64,000 bases of DNA from a candidate division FCPU426 bacterium (GTDB lineage Bacteria > Oederibacteriota > Muellerivitia > Muellerivitales > Muellerivitaceae): the NCBI GenBank assembly GCA_963847625.1, contig CAWKAR010000020.1, positions 1 through 64,000 on the forward strand, in the 5' to 3' direction. Position 1 is the stretch's first letter, and every line of letters begins with the position of its first letter. Below the pieces are notes generated by a model that was given only the letters and a program-made list of their open reading frames with translations, was not told where the DNA came from and did not search any database. Below are positions 19,449 through 29,055 of this stretch, in pieces. The translations under genes and the position numbers were made by a program.

Positions 19449-20224
19449 GGCGCGGCCTTCCGGGCCACGATTCCCGAGGGGGCATGTCCTCGGGTGAGGA
19501 AATCACCCTCGAAAGTAATCTGGCCCACATGGCTCAAACGGCTGCGCAAATCCACCCAGATCTTGCCGCCCATGTCGGTCCATCTCCGGCAAAAGCTGTA
19601 ATCCTCACTGAGATAAGCCCTGGTTTTTTCGTCTAGGAGGCAGTCAAAGAGCGCCGACCGGAAAGGGCTTCCGGCGAGTGGATCGGTCCTGCGGCTCACT
19701 CCGGAATAACTTAGTTCCGGATAATGTTCCACTATGGCGAGAAGAGCCTCGCGCCGAATCATCAGGAAGCCGGTACCGGCGTAACGCGCCTTCCCGAACC
19801 CGTTCCGTTCGACAGCGGGTTTATCCAGTTCCACCACATAGCGAAGATTTCCGGTTTGCGGCCGTTCGTAATTGCCCATGACCAGGGCCTTTACCCTGGC
19901 CCAATCGATCCGCTTCAAGGGATAGGCCCCAGCCGTTATTTCCGCGTTGAATTTCAGGAGCCGGAAAACCTGTTCCGGCTCGAATTGGATGTCCGCGTCG
20001 ACGAACAAAAGGTGAGTGGCGTCCTGGATTTCCAGGAACTTGGCCGCCATGTCCTGGCGGGCCCGGGTAATCAGGGGGTCGTTTGGGTTCAACAGGATGG
20101 TTACTTGTAACCCTTCCCGTATGAAAGCCTCCTGCAACCTCAGCAGAGAGAAAAAATACGCGCTGGTCAATTGGCCGCCGAAGCAGGGGGTGGCGACTAT
20201 CAGGTGGATGCGGGATTTGCCCAT
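19445..20224 (-). CDS. GT-A fold glycosyltransferase-like protein (paralog 2)
   Basis: ATPCFGG...ITRARQ...LLFVDAD...GTGFLMIRR...LSEDYSFC; 4-bp overlap with paralog 1. Confidence 0.7.
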   Translation of the reverse strand: MGKSRIHLIVATPCFGGQLTSAYFFSLLRLQEAFIREGLQVTILLNPNDPLITRARQDMAAKFLEIQDATHLLFVDADIQFEPEQVFRLLKFNAEITAGAYPLKRIDWARVKALVMGNYERPQTGNLRYVVELDKPAVERNGFGKARYAGTGFLMIRREALLAIVEHYPELSYSGVSRRTDPLAGSPFRSALFDCLLDEKTRAYLSEDYSFCRRWTDMGGKIWVDLRSRLSHVGQITFEGDFLTRGHAPSGIVARKAAP

Positions 20225-20366
20225 GGTTTTTTCATCCTCGAAATAATTCCGTATCCAAAAAAAAGTGGATTTTCATTTGGAAAATTCGCGTTGCCTTCCG
20301 TTCAGCGATATAAATTTCAAGTCCAGATTTTGACCATGCTTGCAAAATATGTCATTTGGTAAACCT

Positions 20367-22613
20367 TTATGTCGTCTTTGACTGAAAGGAAATGGCGCTC
20401 GATGTTGTGCCACCCAAAATGCTCACCAAATCGGAATACATCTGGTCGATTACCTGCAGAACTTGAAGTAACGCGTTGTAAGTAATCAAGGATTGCTCGG
20501 CCTGCTGTTCTATGGTTGCGATGGGAACACCCGGGGTTGACGAAGTGGAACTCGACCCGCTGGTGGTACCGGTTGACACCCCCGCGATATTGGCTTGGGC
20601 GTCATTCAATTGGGTCAATGAATCCGAAGCCTGGGTGGCAAGGGTTTCTTGATTTGAATAATCGTTGCTGATTTGGGTCAGCAACCCGGAAGCCAGGTTC
20701 CCAACGGAAGTTAGATTGCCGTTTAAACCCGTAAAAACCGAGAAATTTCCGGAATTGTCAACAACCGTCAAGGGTTGCGGGGTATGGTCGTAAAGGGTCA
20801 AAGTCTGTGTGCTCGTGTTGAAACTAGCCGTTACGGCATTCCCGGATACCGTGGCAATTTGCGTGGCAATCGCCTGTAAAGACATGGTATTGGTCCAGTT
20901 AATCTTGTAGGTCTGATTATTCCCGGCCGTGATAGTAAAGGTCCCGCTAGTGCCGGGGGTCACTCTAAAAGCCTCGACATTGGGGCCGGTATTGAAAGCA
21001 GTGCCGAGAAGGCTCGAATTCATGGCCGTTGCAGCGGAATTCGTGAGATCAACATAATCAATCTTCGGCTCCGATCCAGCAAAACTATTGTTCATCCGAA
21101 TAGAGCTGTTTATGGCATTGGAAAGATTGCTCCAATTTGATATTCCCCCGGCAAAATTCCCGGAAATATTAACCAGGCTTACCGGATTGTTGGAAAGAAT
21201 GAAAAATTGCCTGGAAGTTGCGTTATAAACGGCATCCACATTCGGGTCAGCCGCGTTGATTTTCGCGAGGATGCTGTCAATCGAGTCGGCGGTTGTATAA
21301 GTTACCAATTGCTGGTTAACGGTAAAGGAACCAGCTACGGGTATCGTGGAAAAAACCTGGGAACTAATGGCTTGCGTGGGATCAATAGTTGCGCCGGCAA
21401 CCCCAGGTTGGCTTTCCATAAAGTTGTTCCCCAAAAGATTCGGAAGATCACCTAAAAATTTCGCGATTGTCCCATCAGTGGTATCGTTAGGGTCGATTGC
21501 TGCGGCCAGCAACGAGTTATTGGAAATCAAGCCGCCGCTCACACTGATATTCCCGGCACCCGTTCCCGTAAAAAACGCTGTCCCGGTTGTTGTTCCGTTG
21601 GCCGCATAACCCGCTTTATGGAGGATGTTGGTGATATTCAATACCGAGGTGGCGATTTGGTCGACCTGATCTTTGTAGGATTCCAAAACGACGTCTCGCG
21701 CCTGTAACTCACCGGCAAGGTTTCCCCCCGTGATTAATGTTGTAACATCCGAAACAATTACTTGTCCGGTCGGCGTTTGGGAGGTATAGACGATTGTTCC
21801 GTTGGGGGATTGTATGGATATGCCCACCAAGTTTGGATTATGCTGGTTTGAGAGATTAGTTTGAAGAATAGCCGCCCCGGAAGAATCCACCAAGGCGATT
21901 CCGCCGATAACAACTCTCACAGTTCCATTGTCCCCAATAACAGCCTGGTTGTTGATTAATCTCGAAAGACGGTCTAAGGCGTAATCCCGGGCGTCCAAAA
22001 GGCTGTTTTGGTTCGAGCCTTGGGTGGTATTAAGCTCTTTGTTGATGGAGGATAATTGCTGGAGGATCTGGTTGATCTGCGTTACCGTTGTATTGATTTC
22101 GCCGTTCATGTCCGTCTGTTCGGTTTGCAACTCCTCATACTGGGAGTTCGCCAATTGGGCGAAAACCACACCGTCATTGACGACGTCTGTGCGCAAACCG
22201 GTATTCGTCGGATCAGCTGCTAAATTCGTCCATGCCTGGGCGAAATTGGTCAAAGCCGTGCTTAAGGTTGAACTCCCGTCCACAATTCCCTTAATATTGC
22301 TGAGGGTCTGGGATAATATTTCCGCCTTCCCCAACACCGAACTTTCCTGCTGGATCTGCTGGTCCAGAAACAAGCTTCTTAAACGCGTGATGCTTTGGAC
22401 ATAGGACCCGGTTCCCACCGAAAGATATTGGTTTCCCGAATAAAAGGAAGTGGAAATTCCATCCTCCACATTAACTCTTTCAAGGCTATTCATTAAATAA
22501 CCATCGGAATCAAGAGACGTTTGGGCCAGGTTCGACGCAGTTACATCCTGTTCCAATTGTTGGAGAATCAAAGCACTCGTGATGGTGTAAAGACTTTGAA
22601 AACTGTTGATCAT
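20367..22613 (-). CDS. flgK: Divergent flagellar hook-associated protein FlgK-like
   Basis: GTGSYVQSITRLRSLFLDQQI, LTNFAQAWTNLAADP, VTQINQILQQLSSINKEL, LLDARDYALDRLS, GGNLAG..ARD; termini are non-canonical. Confidence 0.8.
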   Translation of the reverse strand: MINSFQSLYTITSALILQQLEQDVTASNLAQTSLDSDGYLMNSLERVNVEDGISTSFYSGNQYLSVGTGSYVQSITRLRSLFLDQQIQQESSVLGKAEILSQTLSNIKGIVDGSSTLSTALTNFAQAWTNLAADPTNTGLRTDVVNDGVVFAQLANSQYEELQTEQTDMNGEINTTVTQINQILQQLSSINKELNTTQGSNQNSLLDARDYALDRLSRLINNQAVIGDNGTVRVVIGGIALVDSSGAAILQTNLSNQHNPNLVGISIQSPNGTIVYTSQTPTGQVIVSDVTTLITGGNLAGELQARDVVLESYKDQVDQIATSVLNITNILHKAGYAANGTTTGTAFFTGTGAGNISVSGGLISNNSLLAAAIDPNDTTDGTIAKFLGDLPNLLGNNFMESQPGVAGATIDPTQAISSQVFSTIPVAGSFTVNQQLVTYTTADSIDSILAKINAADPNVDAVYNATSRQFFILSNNPVSLVNISGNFAGGISNWSNLSNAINSSIRMNNSFAGSEPKIDYVDLTNSAATAMNSSLLGTAFNTGPNVEAFRVTPGTSGTFTITAGNNQTYKINWTNTMSLQAIATQIATVSGNAVTASFNTSTQTLTLYDHTPQPLTVVDNSGNFSVFTGLNGNLTSVGNLASGLLTQISNDYSNQETLATQASDSLTQLNDAQANIAGVSTGTTSGSSSTSSTPGVPIATIEQQAEQSLITYNALLQVLQVIDQMYSDLVSILGGTTSSAISFQSKTT

Positions 22614-22771
22614 AGCTTCCCCCTAAACGGTCTGGTTCACACGCATGTTTCTTTTAGTTTCCCCATCTAGGCCTGAGTAAAACGATTTGGCCGGACGGGG
22701 TTAAGACCGATAAGACGTTGGCAATGCTACTGATGCCAGTCGGCATGAAGCTTCCCTGGAGTGAACTTTAG

Positions 22772-22787
22772 AGCAAATGCCATACCA
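22772..22787 (-). promoter_or_regulatory. sigma54 (-24/-12) promoter of flgK
   Basis: TGGTATG-GCAT-TTGCT. Confidence 0.7.
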
Positions 22788-22832
22788 GTTTTCCGATGAA
22801 AAACCCGGCTATTTTTAAACATCAATGGGATT

Positions 22833-22872
22833 GTCGTAACGGTTATTCGGCAAGGCGCCAAATATTGGTTAA
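22833..22872. promoter_or_regulatory. Shared upstream tandem motif (putative enhancer), flgK copy
   Basis: gtcgtaacggttattcggcaa-ggcgccaaatattggttaa. Confidence 0.55.
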
Positions 22873-22959
22873 AAAAACAACGAACCCTGTCACGGAGAAT
22901 TCGAGTCCTGCATTTGGCATTCGATGCTTTTTACATACAGTTTTCCACCAAGGGCCGAT

Positions 22960-24498
22960 TCATAGCGTCACCAATAATTTCCCCGTCAAGAGAACCCTGT
23001 CCCCCTTTTTAATGGCGTAATAGTAAATCCCACTTGAAACCTTGTTTCCAAAGTCATTGCGGCCATCCCATTCGATCAAGCCGTTCACCTCCCGCTCGGT
23101 GTTCACCAGTTCCCCTGAAACCGTGTAGATTTCCATAGAAGAACCGGAGGGACAAAGGTAGGCCTTTAAAACCCCGCCCACGGATTTCTGGGGGGTAAAT
23201 GGGTTGGGCCAGACATGCAGACCAATTGGAGTGGGAGTCACGGTCGGAGTAAGGGTCGTGGTCGGGCTCACCGTCGGAGTGGAGGAAATGGTGGGTGTAG
23301 TCGTAAAGGTGGATGTGGAAGTTACAGTAGGGGTGTCGGTAGGGCTGGGGCGGGGGGTAACCGTAGCCGTCATCGTGGGAGTGTCGGACAGCGTCGCGGT
23401 CGGGGTGTCGGTCGGCGACGGCGAATCCGTCGAAGTGGCTGTTTCCGTGGTTGTCCAGGTTTCGGTGCCGGTGAATGTGTGCGTAAAAGTCGGTGTGATA
23501 GTCGGCGTGGAGGTTGAGGTCGCAGTGGTGGTAAACGTTAAAGTCGGTGTGGGCGTGTTCGTCGGTGTCGGGGTGAAAGTCGCCCGGAGTACCCCCTGGT
23601 TCAGCCCATAATAGGTGATCCAGGTGATAGATTGCCCCGGCCCCAGGACTTGGCTCAATCCCGATTCACTACCAGTCCCGGTCCACCATATCACCACGGC
23701 GCTGTCGGTCGTCGGCGCGCTTGAGCTGAGAGTCCATTGGGCTATTCCGTTGACCGTGTTCCAATCGGCGACCTCGAAAACATCAGGTTTGGTGGCAGCT
23801 TCCCCGTAGGAGTTGTTATAAAGGGCACCCCTTCCCACCAACGTGGCGGTACCGGGAGGCGGAACGTCATAGTCCCACCAATCCGTGGGAATCGTCCCGG
23901 AGGAGGTCTTCCAAATCCAGGCGGAACTTGACGTGCTGATAACACTGTTTCCGTTGTCGATGGAAATATTGGTCCCGTCAACGCTGTTCACCTCCGTGTC
24001 CAACTCCACCCGGCATCCGATATTATGTGAAACGCCACCATTGTTGGTGGCGGTATATTTAAGTTCAATCATATCTGCCCGGGAACCAGTGATGACGTTA
24101 TTCACGATCTCGTAGTGGCTTCTCAAATCTATATTCGATACAACCTCTGACCCTTCGATATAGGCACCCAACCCTGTCGCGGGCGATGAAGCCGTCATAG
24201 CAGTTCCAACCGTGTAACCCGAATCAAGGTCGTAGGGGATTCCATCGATATTAAAAACGATATGGGAAGTGCCGATCGAATAATAAATTGTTTCAGTACC
24301 AGTTGAATAATACATGTCATAAAGTAAAGATGCGTAAGTAGGGCTATAGGAATAGGAAGTTCCAATGACCATATCCTGAAGCGTCGTATCGGCGATCATC
24401 AGGATATACGGACTATCAATATATATGTCGGCCAAGGCCGGGATCGGCAATAAAGAAATTATAAAAAGTATCCCTAAGGCGGAGAGAGTCCTTCCCAT
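22960..24498 (-). CDS. Secreted Thr/Pro-rich protein with N-terminal beta-domain and FlgD-Ig-like C-terminal domain
   Basis: Signal peptide (..PALA-D), globular beta-rich domain, (TPT)n tract, VWPNPF...IYTVSGELV...[14 protein letters not shown]. Confidence 0.8.
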   Translation of the reverse strand: MGRTLSALGILFIISLLPIPALADIYIDSPYILMIADTTLQDMVIGTSYSYSPTYASLLYDMYYSTGTETIYYSIGTSHIVFNIDGIPYDLDSGYTVGTAMTASSPATGLGAYIEGSEVVSNIDLRSHYEIVNNVITGSRADMIELKYTATNNGGVSHNIGCRVELDTEVNSVDGTNISIDNGNSVISTSSSAWIWKTSSGTIPTDWWDYDVPPPGTATLVGRGALYNNSYGEAATKPDVFEVADWNTVNGIAQWTLSSSAPTTDSAVVIWWTGTGSESGLSQVLGPGQSITWITYYGLNQGVLRATFTPTPTNTPTPTLTFTTTATSTSTPTITPTFTHTFTGTETWTTTETATSTDSPSPTDTPTATLSDTPTMTATVTPRPSPTDTPTVTSTSTFTTTPTISSTPTVSPTTTLTPTVTPTPIGLHVWPNPFTPQKSVGGVLKAYLCPSGSSMEIYTVSGELVNTEREVNGLIEWDGRNDFGNKVSSGIYYYAIKKGDRVLLTGKLLVTL

Positions 24499-24499
24499 A

Positions 24500-25288
24500 T
24501 CAAGTTTTTAATGTTGTGGATTCAGGTGGGGTTGGGAGATTGTACTGGGTAGTCAAGATACCTTTGAAGGCGACGGTTCCTACATGCACCAGTCGGCTTT
24601 CCAGGTCCACCCAGATTTCCCCGCCCATTTTTCGCCAGCGGTGGCAAAAACTGTAATCCTCGCTCAAGTAGGTATCAGTGACCTCGTCGATGAGACAATT
24701 AAAAAGCGCACAACGCCAGGGGCTGCCCGTTAAAGTATCCCCAGCCTGGTATTCCCTCGAAAACCGGAGATCTTGGTAATGTTCCACCATAGAGGATAGG
24801 GCCTTGCGACTGACCATTAAGAAACCACCACCGACATATCGCGCCTTAGCGAACCGGATACTGTTTTCTTGGAACTGGGGGTCTTCCAAATCCAGGACGT
24901 AAGATAATGATGAGGATTCAAGGGGCATGCGTCCGGCCTTTGCATGTTCGGTGATCTTCGCCCAGTCATAACGTTTGGTGGGATAGACGGCGGCGGCCAT
25001 ATCCACGCCAATATCCAGGAGCCGAAATACTTGGTCCGGTTCGAAACCCAAATCCGCGTCCACGAACAAAAGATGGGTGGTGGAAGTATTTTCCAGGAAG
25101 TAGGCGACGATATCCTGTCTAGCCCGGGTAATCAATGCGTCGCCCCATAAAAGGTTCACGCTCAAATCCAAATCTCCTCGTTTAACGCAAGCTTGGTGGA
25201 GTTTTAGGAGCGACGTGGTGTAAAGACTGGCCGTTTGCCCGTTGAAACAAGGGGTACCGACCACTAGGTGGGTCCGGGGTTCAGTCAT
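24500..25288 (-). CDS. GT-A fold glycosyltransferase-like protein (paralog 3)
   Basis: GTPCFNG...DALITRARQ...LLFVDAD...LSEDYSFC; stop lies 1 bp from the start of the Thr-rich gene. Confidence 0.7.
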   Translation of the reverse strand: MTEPRTHLVVGTPCFNGQTASLYTTSLLKLHQACVKRGDLDLSVNLLWGDALITRARQDIVAYFLENTSTTHLLFVDADLGFEPDQVFRLLDIGVDMAAAVYPTKRYDWAKITEHAKAGRMPLESSSLSYVLDLEDPQFQENSIRFAKARYVGGGFLMVSRKALSSMVEHYQDLRFSREYQAGDTLTGSPWRCALFNCLIDEVTDTYLSEDYSFCHRWRKMGGEIWVDLESRLVHVGTVAFKGILTTQYNLPTPPESTTLKT

Positions 25289-25419
25289 GCGATACCCTTT
25301 CGTTTGGAACTCAGGTCCTTTAACGAAACCCGTTTATAGGTTTCATTTTGGGGCCCTTTTGTTACAGGCCTTCCATTCCGGATGGACGTCGCGGGAACGA
25401 TTCAGGCCGCGTAAGCGGA

Positions 25420-25472
25420 TAAAAAAATAGGTGCGGAGGCTCCCTGAAGCCGTAAGTAACCGCACCTTTTTT
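25420..25472. terminator. Bidirectional intrinsic terminator-like hairpin
   Basis: A-tract, AGGTGCGG...CCGCACCT, T-tract. Confidence 0.6.
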
Positions 25473-25685
25473 CGTCGGGTTTGAATATTTTAAACCCCGG
25501 TGTCAATACCGCCTGAGCGCGTCGTAACGGCTTTGGTGCCGCACTGGTAACTTGAAACAGTTTAGGAAACCGGTTGTGAATATAAAGCCGTGGTTGCAAC
25601 GGCCTCCAAATCTCGTTAATCCGGGCAAAGAAGAATGATGCCCATGGGAACGTTTGTTTTATCGGCCGTCCCTGTTTTCGTCCTC

Positions 25686-26117
25686 TTAAACCAACGTATT
25701 GATTTTACTGGTGTCGGATATCGTTGCGGTGGAACTCGATTGAACCGAAGATTGGATGAGTGAGAAATTGTTCGTTAACGGCGTAATATCCATGGCTAGA
25801 ATGGCTAACAACTCCTCGATGAGTCGCAAGAGTTTTGCCAACTCGGTGGTAGTGACCGTTCCGGTCGTAGTGTTCGTACCGGCTGTGGAGGAGGAAGCTG
25901 TATTCCCCGTGGCGTCGGACGTCGTTCCCGTCGTGGAATCGGTGGAGGAGACACCCGATATTTCGGATTCCAATTGCGAAATTTCTTTTTCCAATCCCGT
26001 TACAAAACTGGACCCGGAACCAGTGGAGGAGATGGATTTCGTCTCAGTTTCTAATTCGCTAAGCACTTTCTGAATTGCGGAGGTGGAGTTTGATCCCACG
26101 GATGAGACGTTAGTCAT
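25686..26117 (-). CDS. Ser/Thr-rich hypothetical protein downstream of flgD
   Basis: AGGAG RBS; MTNVSSVGS N-terminus resembles the FlgD N-terminus; no Sec signal peptide. Confidence 0.6.
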   Translation of the reverse strand: MTNVSSVGSNSTSAIQKVLSELETETKSISSTGSGSSFVTGLEKEISQLESEISGVSSTDSTTGTTSDATGNTASSSTAGTNTTTGTVTTTELAKLLRLIEELLAILAMDITPLTNNFSLIQSSVQSSSTATISDTSKINTLV

Positions 26118-26233
26118 GATCGCATCTCCTTCAAAGATTTTTTAACTTATTTTCTAAGCTCCGAGGGTTATGCCCAAAATAAATCAACCAAACGCCGAAG
26201 CTTCCAGGGTGTTGTTTTTAACCCAAGAACCTG

Positions 26234-26662
26234 TCAGCTTCCCGTTGTAGTCGTGATATCCCCGACGTTTTGAACATCCGATAAGGGATAATTCGTACCA
26301 TTAACCTGAACCGCTGGTCCATTCGAGTAATAGACGATCCCGGTGACTTTCCCGGTGACGTACCCCGATGTCACGCTTGAGTCAGCCACCGTCACCGTTT
26401 GCCCAATCAGGGAAACCGCCGAGTTCTCCAAAACCGTTTCCATTTCCGTGCTCATGCTGGTCATCTGTTCCAATGACGAGAACTGCGCCAACTGCGCCAC
26501 GAACTGGCTGCTGTCCTGCGGGTTCAGTGGATCCTGGTTTTTTAGTTCTGTGATTAATAGTTGTAAAAACGTGTCCTCCGACACGAATTGGCTGTTACTT
26601 CCAGTCACGCTTGAGACGGCGCTCGACAACGCACTGCTGACACTGCTGACGCTAGTGGACAT
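26234..26662 (-). CDS. flgD: Flagellar hook capping protein FlgD (short form)
   Basis: FLQLLITELKNQDPLNPQDSSQFVAQLAQFSSLEQM; AGGAGG RBS before ATG 26662. Confidence 0.92.
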   Translation of the reverse strand: MSTSVSSVSSALSSAVSSVTGSNSQFVSEDTFLQLLITELKNQDPLNPQDSSQFVAQLAQFSSLEQMTSMSTEMETVLENSAVSLIGQTVTVADSSVTSGYVTGKVTGIVYYSNGPAVQVNGTNYPLSDVQNVGDITTTTGS

Positions 26663-26699
26663 TTTCAAACCCTCCTGTTTTTCCGGCAGTAAATTACAA

Positions 26700-26715
26700 A
26701 GCAAGTCCCGTACCA
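26700..26715 (-). promoter_or_regulatory. sigma54 promoter of flgD
   Basis: TGGTACG-GGAC-TTGCT. Confidence 0.75.
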
Positions 26716-26764
26716 ACCGTGGCCGTGGCAAAAAATCGCGGTTTAGTCAAAAGCGGGCCAGTTT

Positions 26765-26803
26765 GCTGTAAAAATTTTGGTTAAGACGCCAGATTTCGGT
26801 TAA
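26765..26803. promoter_or_regulatory. Shared upstream tandem motif (putative enhancer), flgD copy
   Basis: gctgtaaaaattttggttaa-gacgccagatttcggttaa. Confidence 0.6.
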
Positions 26804-26935
26804 GGATGGTTTTAAATGCCGAAGGAACCCGGGAAGTTCGGGAGGCTGGAGATGAAACATCGTGAATTCATCATTAACAGCGGGTCAGTAAATATTTACG
26901 GAAAGTATAAATAATGGCTTATTAGAAATTGAAGA

Positions 26936-27505
26936 TTATTGGCTACCCCGGGAATCTGGGGCTTGACCCGGTGAAGGTGGAGGTGGAGGCAAATTTGCTC
27001 CTTTTCCGTCGTCCCTCCAGGGGTTCATCCAAGGCCCCTCAAGCGGTCCCCCGGTAATATCAAGTACGAATATAGCTTGCTGGGCCAAGGATAAGAGCAC
27101 TCGAAGTTTTTCCTCAAATTGATGACGATGGACCTCCAGTTGTTTTTGGTCTGCGGCCAGAACATCCAAGAGGGCTTTTATCTCCTCTTCAGGGGCTTTG
27201 GAATCGACTTTTAATTGAAGGGTAGCCCGGTCAACCTGAAACCGGTCCATGAGAAGCTTTAACTCTCCTTGATCATTTATAAACAGTTCTTTAATTTTAG
27301 CGGACTGCCCTTTGCTTAATCCAAGCCGTTTCTCCATCATTTTAACGGGGTCGGCTTCCCAACCTCGATTCATCCCCTTTCCCACCGCATCGGGGCCTTT
27401 GGTGCCGGTCGGGGGTTGGTCATTAGCCTTGACCGTCAAAACGGACCCCAAAATCAAGAACAATGATAAATACCCATACCCCAATATTTTCCAATAACGG
27501 CTCAT
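26936..27505 (-). CDS. Spy/CpxP/ZraP-like periplasmic protein
   Basis: Signal peptide; LGLSKGQSAKIKEL and LLSLAQQ (LTxxQ-like) motifs; Pro-rich tail. Confidence 0.65.
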   Translation of the reverse strand: MSRYWKILGYGYLSLFLILGSVLTVKANDQPPTGTKGPDAVGKGMNRGWEADPVKMMEKRLGLSKGQSAKIKELFINDQGELKLLMDRFQVDRATLQLKVDSKAPEEEIKALLDVLAADQKQLEVHRHQFEEKLRVLLSLAQQAIFVLDITGGPLEGPWMNPWRDDGKGANLPPPPPSPGQAPDSRGSQ

Positions 27506-27535
27506 GAATTTTCCTCCTTAATTTTCCATTTTTTA

Positions 27536-27551
27536 AGCAAATCTTGTACCA
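27536..27551 (-). promoter_or_regulatory. sigma54 promoter of the Spy/ZraP-like gene
   Basis: TGGTACA-AGAT-TTGCT. Confidence 0.7.
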
Positions 27552-27588
27552 AACTGGATTTTCGATTTTTTAACGCTTCGAACCCTTT

Positions 27589-27627
27589 GTCGTACAAATT
27601 TTGGTTACTGCGCCAAATTTTAGTTAA
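27589..27627. promoter_or_regulatory. Shared upstream tandem motif (putative enhancer), zraP-like copy
   Basis: gtcgtacaaattttggttac-tgcgccaaattttagttaa. Confidence 0.6.
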
Positions 27628-27777
27628 GGGAGCCACAAAATTCGTTGTTCCCTTTTCCCAAAAGAAAAGAGGGTTTGAATGAATTTTTAAGCACTTTTAC
27701 GACATTAAGGTTACCAATATGTTCACTAAATTTTTCTTTTGGTTTTTTTGAATGATAAATGGGTAAAAGGTTGATTT

Positions 27778-29055
27778 TTAATTCCCATTTTTTATATCCA
27801 TATCACGGTTTTGTTCTTTCAATATGGATTCATCCTTCCCATTATCCTTCCAATTGTTCATCCACGGTTCCCTATCCAGCCAACTGGATCCGGTCAGTCC
27901 CAAGATAAACTTGGCCCTCTGATCCGTCGTTAAAAGGTTCTGAAGCTGGTTCTCAAATTGCTGATGAAGATCTTCCAGGATCCTCCGGTCCTTGGAAAGG
28001 GCAACCAAAAGAATCGAAATCTCCCTATCCGAAGCCTTGGTATCGACCTTGGATTGCAAAGCATTTCGGTCCGCCTTCATTTGCCGGTTTAATGATTTGA
28101 TGTCCTCCTGTAATTGTTTAAACAAAATCCCGATCTTGGAAAATTGAGCGTTACTTAAGGCGAGTTTTTCCTTCCACATGTTTATATCCAGTTCGAAACC
28201 TTTGTGCGGAATGGATGCGCCTCGAAAATCCGGGCCTAACAACGGCCTGTCCCTGAAATCCGGGGCGTCGGGAGGACCCGCCATGAAAGGTAAAAAGCCT
28301 GGCGACCCTGGTATAAAGGGCGGCATAGCAAAAAACCCGGCCGGAGTCGCTTGAGCTGAATGTGTTTTGTCGTTTTGCGGCTGGCTTTGGGGAGGACCTT
28401 CGATTTCTTCCCGTAAAAGTGCCAACTTTTTTCGGAGTTTTTGATCCAGTTCCCCTTTGAGCCCGGTTTTTATTTCCGCGAGGGCCTCCTTGGGTTCCTT
28501 TAAGTCATGGAATAAAAGATAAGCGAGTGCGTAATGAGCCAACGCGAGGGAGGGTTCTAAACGGGTCGCCTCCTGGAATGTCAGTTTGGCCGAAGTGATT
28601 TCTTTATTCTTGTAATGAATCAAGCCCAAATAATAATGCACCATCGAAAGCTGGGAATCCAAACGTTTGGCCGTTTCCATTTCTTTCAAAGCCTCATCCC
28701 ATCGGCTTTGATCGTAGGCGATCAGACCCAAGTAGTAATGAACCACAGGCATTTGCGGTACGCGCTTTTGGACCCATTGGAAAAAGAGGGCGGCTTCAGC
28801 GAAATTTTGTTGAACATACTTAACTAAGCCCAAATAATAATGGGCGTTAATGTTTTCCGGGTCCTGCTCCAAAATTTTCCGGAAACCTTGCTCGGCTTTC
28901 TTGTAGCCTCCCGCATTCAAATCCGACACCGCATTTTCATAAACTCCCCTGGATGATGAATCCACCTGCGCTTCCAAACCGGATCCGGATATTAAAAATA
29001 AAAAACCGGTTGCAAGGATAAAAACCGTCAAGTAATTGGGTTTAGGGTTTCTCAC
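27778..29055 (-). CDS. Exported TPR protein fused to a Spy/CpxP-like domain
   Basis: GGAGG plus GTG 29055, signal peptide, repeated HYYLGL TPR units, Pro-rich linker, LALSNAQ...LLTTDQR domain paralogous to 26936-27505. Confidence 0.7.
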   Translation of the reverse strand: MRNPKPNYLTVFILATGFLFLISGSGLEAQVDSSSRGVYENAVSDLNAGGYKKAEQGFRKILEQDPENINAHYYLGLVKYVQQNFAEAALFFQWVQKRVPQMPVVHYYLGLIAYDQSRWDEALKEMETAKRLDSQLSMVHYYLGLIHYKNKEITSAKLTFQEATRLEPSLALAHYALAYLLFHDLKEPKEALAEIKTGLKGELDQKLRKKLALLREEIEGPPQSQPQNDKTHSAQATPAGFFAMPPFIPGSPGFLPFMAGPPDAPDFRDRPLLGPDFRGASIPHKGFELDINMWKEKLALSNAQFSKIGILFKQLQEDIKSLNRQMKADRNALQSKVDTKASDREISILLVALSKDRRILEDLHQQFENQLQNLLTTDQRAKFILGLTGSSWLDREPWMNNWKDNGKDESILKEQNRDMDIKNGN

